From Octopus sinensis (lineage: Eukaryota): a stretch of DNA of 64,000 nucleotides. Position numbers and translations under genes: made by a program. Positions 61,078 to 64,000 of this stretch are shown one piece after another (the first letter of the stretch is position 1; every line of letters starts with the position of its first letter). The DNA lies in NCBI RefSeq assembly GCF_006345805.1, contig NC_042999.1, positions 6,324,001 through 6,388,000 on the forward strand, in the 5' to 3' direction. Below the pieces are notes generated by a model. That model searched no databases. It had not been told where the DNA came from and was given only the letters and a program-made list of their open reading frames with translations.

Positions 61078-62700
61078 CACGACAGGCTTCTTTCAGTTTC
61101 CGTCTACCAAATCCACTCACAGGGCATTGGTCGGCCCGGAGCTATAGCAGAAGACACTTGTCCAAGGTGCCACGCAGTGGGACTGAACCCGGAACCATGT
61201 GGTTGGTTAGCAAGCTACTTACCACACAGCCACTCCTGTGCCTATATATATATATATATATAATAAGTAAGTTTGAGATTTTTTCCACTAAAATGAGGTC
61301 TGCATATTGCCAGTTTCAATTTCGATGTTGCTTGGGTTATTCTTGATCAGGAGCAATCTTGGACTGGTATAATAATCGGTCACTTTTTTGCCTTGTAGTT
61401 CTTTGATACTGGACACTACAACTTTCCCTTAAGTGATACAATTTTTAATTCTAAAATTTTTCAGCTTGTGTTCTATAAGGACGTATCAATTAAATAATGG
61501 TGTCTTTGATCATGCAGAAAATGAAGATTTACTTGCAACTATTGCATGAAGTTTTAAATGCAGATGCTGCTGTGTTAAGCTAAATTTGCAACCAGTGTGG
61601 GTTCAGACCGTCATTATTTTTCTATTATAGCCTTGAGACTGGAGAGACTAGAGAGCCCAGTCATGGTGTTTCATGCCAGTAAATGTCACTGTTATGCTAG
61701 CAGTGTCCATTTCCAATCTCTTGTGAAAATTCGGGGAAATAAGTGAAGGCTGGTGAAAGGCAGGATGGCTGTAGAAAATCCACCTGTAATTCTGTTCTAC
61801 CCATTCCTCAATGGGAAGATGGTCTTGCTCATCCCCCACCTAACAACCAATAAAAAACTGGATATAAGTACTGAAGTCAATTTTGTTAAAATCAAAATCG
61901 TAATCTATCAACATCAATGGAATTTGTAGCTGTGATACCAGTGCCGGTGGCATGTAAGAGAACCATCCGAACGTGGCCGTTTGCAGCCTCGTCTGGCAAC
62001 ACCTGTACCGGTGGCACGTAAAAAGCACCCACTACACTCATGGAGTGGTTGGCATTAGGAAGGGCATCCAGCTGTAGAAACATTGCCAGATCAAACTGGG
62101 TCTGGTGCAGCCTTCTGGCTTCCCAGACCCCAGTTGAACCGTTCAACCCATGCCAGCATGGAAAGCTGATGTTAAACGATGATGATGATAATAATTGTAT
62201 TAAAGGAGCAAGGGCAAAAAATACGACCCATCTCCAACATGCTTGGAAATGCATTCAGATGTCTGTTTTCCATGCTGGCATGGGTTGAGCAGTTTGACTG
62301 AGGTCTGGAGAGCCAGGAGGCCACACCAGGCTCCAATCTGACTGGCAAAGTTTCTACAGCTGGATGCCCTTCCTTATGCTAACCACTCCAAGAGTGTAGT
62401 GGGTGCTTTTTTTTATGTGCGAGAAATTTTCAGTAAAACTAAAAAAAAAAATCCAGCATCTAAATAAATACGGTGTATAAGGAAGGATAAAACCACAAGG
62501 TATCTCTGGACTGTGTTTTTTTTTTTTTTTACTGGTACAAATTATCTCATTGTCAATGAATATTTGAGTTATTACAAGATATCTTGTGATCAGGGCTTCA
62601 GTGATTAACAGCCATTTGGTCGTCTTTGTATTTTTTCTCATCTAACACACAAAAGGTCGTTGAGCAGCCAATTGCTTATGGTGTTTATTTCTATTTCCAG

Positions 62701-62855
62701 GCATTCATGTGATTGCTCGATGTGGAGCCCGTCTCAGTTATATGGTTTACAATCTTAGTTCTGGTAAAGTAGAACAAAACAGCCCTTTTCCAACCGACAC
62801 CCAGTCTTTCCTTGGCAATTTCGACCGACCAATTACTCTGCATAACAGTGGTGAG
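62701..62855 (+). CDS. UBR5: UBR5 exon 17 (GIHVIARCGARLSYMVYNLSSGKVEQNSPFPTDTQSFLG...SGE)
   Basis: ctatttccag acceptor, GAG|GTAAAT donor. Conserved GK.EQ...FPT...FLG. Confidence 0.93.
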
Positions 62856-63461
62856 GTAAATATACAAGCAGTATTAATGTTTTAAAGGATTTTGGGAAGA
62901 GGAACATAACTTTCATGTTTAGAGAAGACAACAGAGATTGTGTGATATGCAATCATAAGTTTACGTCAAGGAAATGAAGTTTGTCTTGTTTCGCTCAATA
63001 AAATTACATTTAAAACTAAAAAGAGAGACACCAAGTCTAAAAATTTAACAATTCTGAAGAAATGTGAAAGAATAAATTGGGAACTGGTGCCCAGCAATCA
63101 TTTTGAGATCTCTGGCACTAAATAAACTAAAAGACTCAATAGAGACAAAAGACGTGTCCAAGTTTACTGGTGTTGATTGGATTGTTTCTGGACACAGTCT
63201 AAATTTGAGTGAGTTCAGGTGGTGAACTCCTGGTCAATCACTGGCACTATCGACTCCATCTGTGTCCCTTATCAAACATCATGTTCAGTTCTTCATGCTG
63301 TGAAAATCCTATTCTTTGCTGTGTGTTCTTGTATCACTACAACAATATTACTTCTTCACATCTTCAATAGAAACGCAGTTTTAGTCTACAGGCATAATCA
63401 TTTCTTTCTCAGTTATGAAAAAATGTCTCGTTGGATATATTAGGATTTTCCAGTCTTTTAA

Positions 63462-64000
63462 CCCTTTCAATACCAACCTGGCTAAAACCACCTCTGGCTC
63501 TGTTGTACAAATGTCTTGTTTTGATAAGTTTTGAATTAAAATCTTCCACCATGCCTTAGTCACAGTTTATATTGTGTTATATATTTTAGAGAATTCTGTA
63601 CATTAGTTACATTGGACGGATATGTCTTCATCTTGTTTGTTGTTACCACAATGTTTTGGCACATCTACTCTCCAGCCTTCATCAGGTGTCCTGGTGGATT
63701 TGAACCCAACCCGGAGTTCTCATTCCTAAGGTTTTTTTATTCGGAGTTTAATTCCAGGCAGTGCCTTGAATAAATAGTAATAATATCAAAAAATACCTTA
63801 GGAATGAGAGGCCAGATCTTGGTTCAAAATTCCACCAGGACACCTGATGAAGGCTGGAGAGTACATCAGCTGAAATGTTGTGGTAACAACAAACAAGATG
63901 AGAACACATATCCACCCAATGTAAATAATGTACATTTTACGTTCCTAATAACTAAATTATTTTACTAAATTCTTTGTTATATTTAAAATTAATTGTAAGA
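63462..64000 (+). mobile_element. piggyBac-type MITE (same family), interrupted by a hammerhead palindrome element
   Basis: TTAA|CCCTTTCAATACC start. The internal sequence stops at about 63570 and resumes at about 63936. Confidence 0.75.
63574..63935. mobile_element. Fold-back hammerhead element, family A (centre inside the tRNA B-box region)
   Basis: Inverted arms with GACAC-CTGATGA-A-GGCTG at 63839. The central GGAGTTTAATTCCAGGCAGTG matches the tRNA head. Confidence 0.75.

Larger units (their letters stand above)
12575..62420. repeat. Dispersed RTE 3'-UTR fragment family. Further copies near 12575-12830, 13960-14245, 16520-16770, 22600-22770, 22960-23215, 27370-27615, 31650-31870, 35682-36117, 43365-43720, 44480-44900, 49840-50100, 55150-55350, 61880-62190, 62260-62420
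   Basis: Shared GTGGTTGGCGTTAGGAAGGGCATCCAGCTGTAGAAA...CCCATGCTAGCATGGAAA.CGGACGTTAAACGATGATG. Boundaries are approximate. Confidence 0.88.
2391..62855 (+). other. UBR5: UBR5/EDD/hyd E3 ubiquitin ligase gene, 5' part (coding exons 1-17; 3' part lies outside the window)
   Basis: 17 GT-AG exons join in phase to 786 codons. They are collinear with the N-terminus of human UBR5 as I recall it ([21 protein letters not shown]..., [60 protein letters not shown].DELQ). Confidence 0.97.

Noticed and set aside
12600-62641. Recurrent ORFs with FLQLDALPNANHS / MEWLALGRASSCRN peptides
   Set aside because: Chance translations of the non-coding RTE 3'-UTR fragments.

Overview
Eukaryotic, AT-rich, microsatellite- and SINE-dense DNA. 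The repeat families resemble those of coleoid cephalopods (probably Octopus; this is inference). The window holds the promoter and first 17 coding exons of a + strand UBR5/EDD/hyperplastic-discs HECT E3 ligase gene (ATG at 2391). I joined the exons by hand with GT-AG boundaries and consistent phases: 2358 nt, 786 codons, no stop, including the UBA domain. The gene continues past the window. The introns contain four tRNA-type SINE families, a young 5'-truncated RTE LINE with a PHD-like finger inside its RT, many 3'-UTR fragments of that RTE, Helitrons, piggyBac/Tc1-pogo/hAT MITEs and a Gypsy integrase relic. The most interesting signal is a set of fold-back (palindromic) elements whose arms carry minimal, dimer-type type I hammerhead ribozyme motifs like those of Penelope-like elements. 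One family also has a tRNA-Ser-like Pol III head (best copy 38219-38718), which suggests a tRNA-headed, hammerhead-bearing non-autonomous retroposon that inserts as inverted dimers. Candidate regulated splicing features of UBR5 are also noted: a 3-nt microexon or recursive splice site, a distant-branch-point terminal/poison exon after the UBA exons, and a tandem acceptor. No CRISPR or prokaryotic system is supported.
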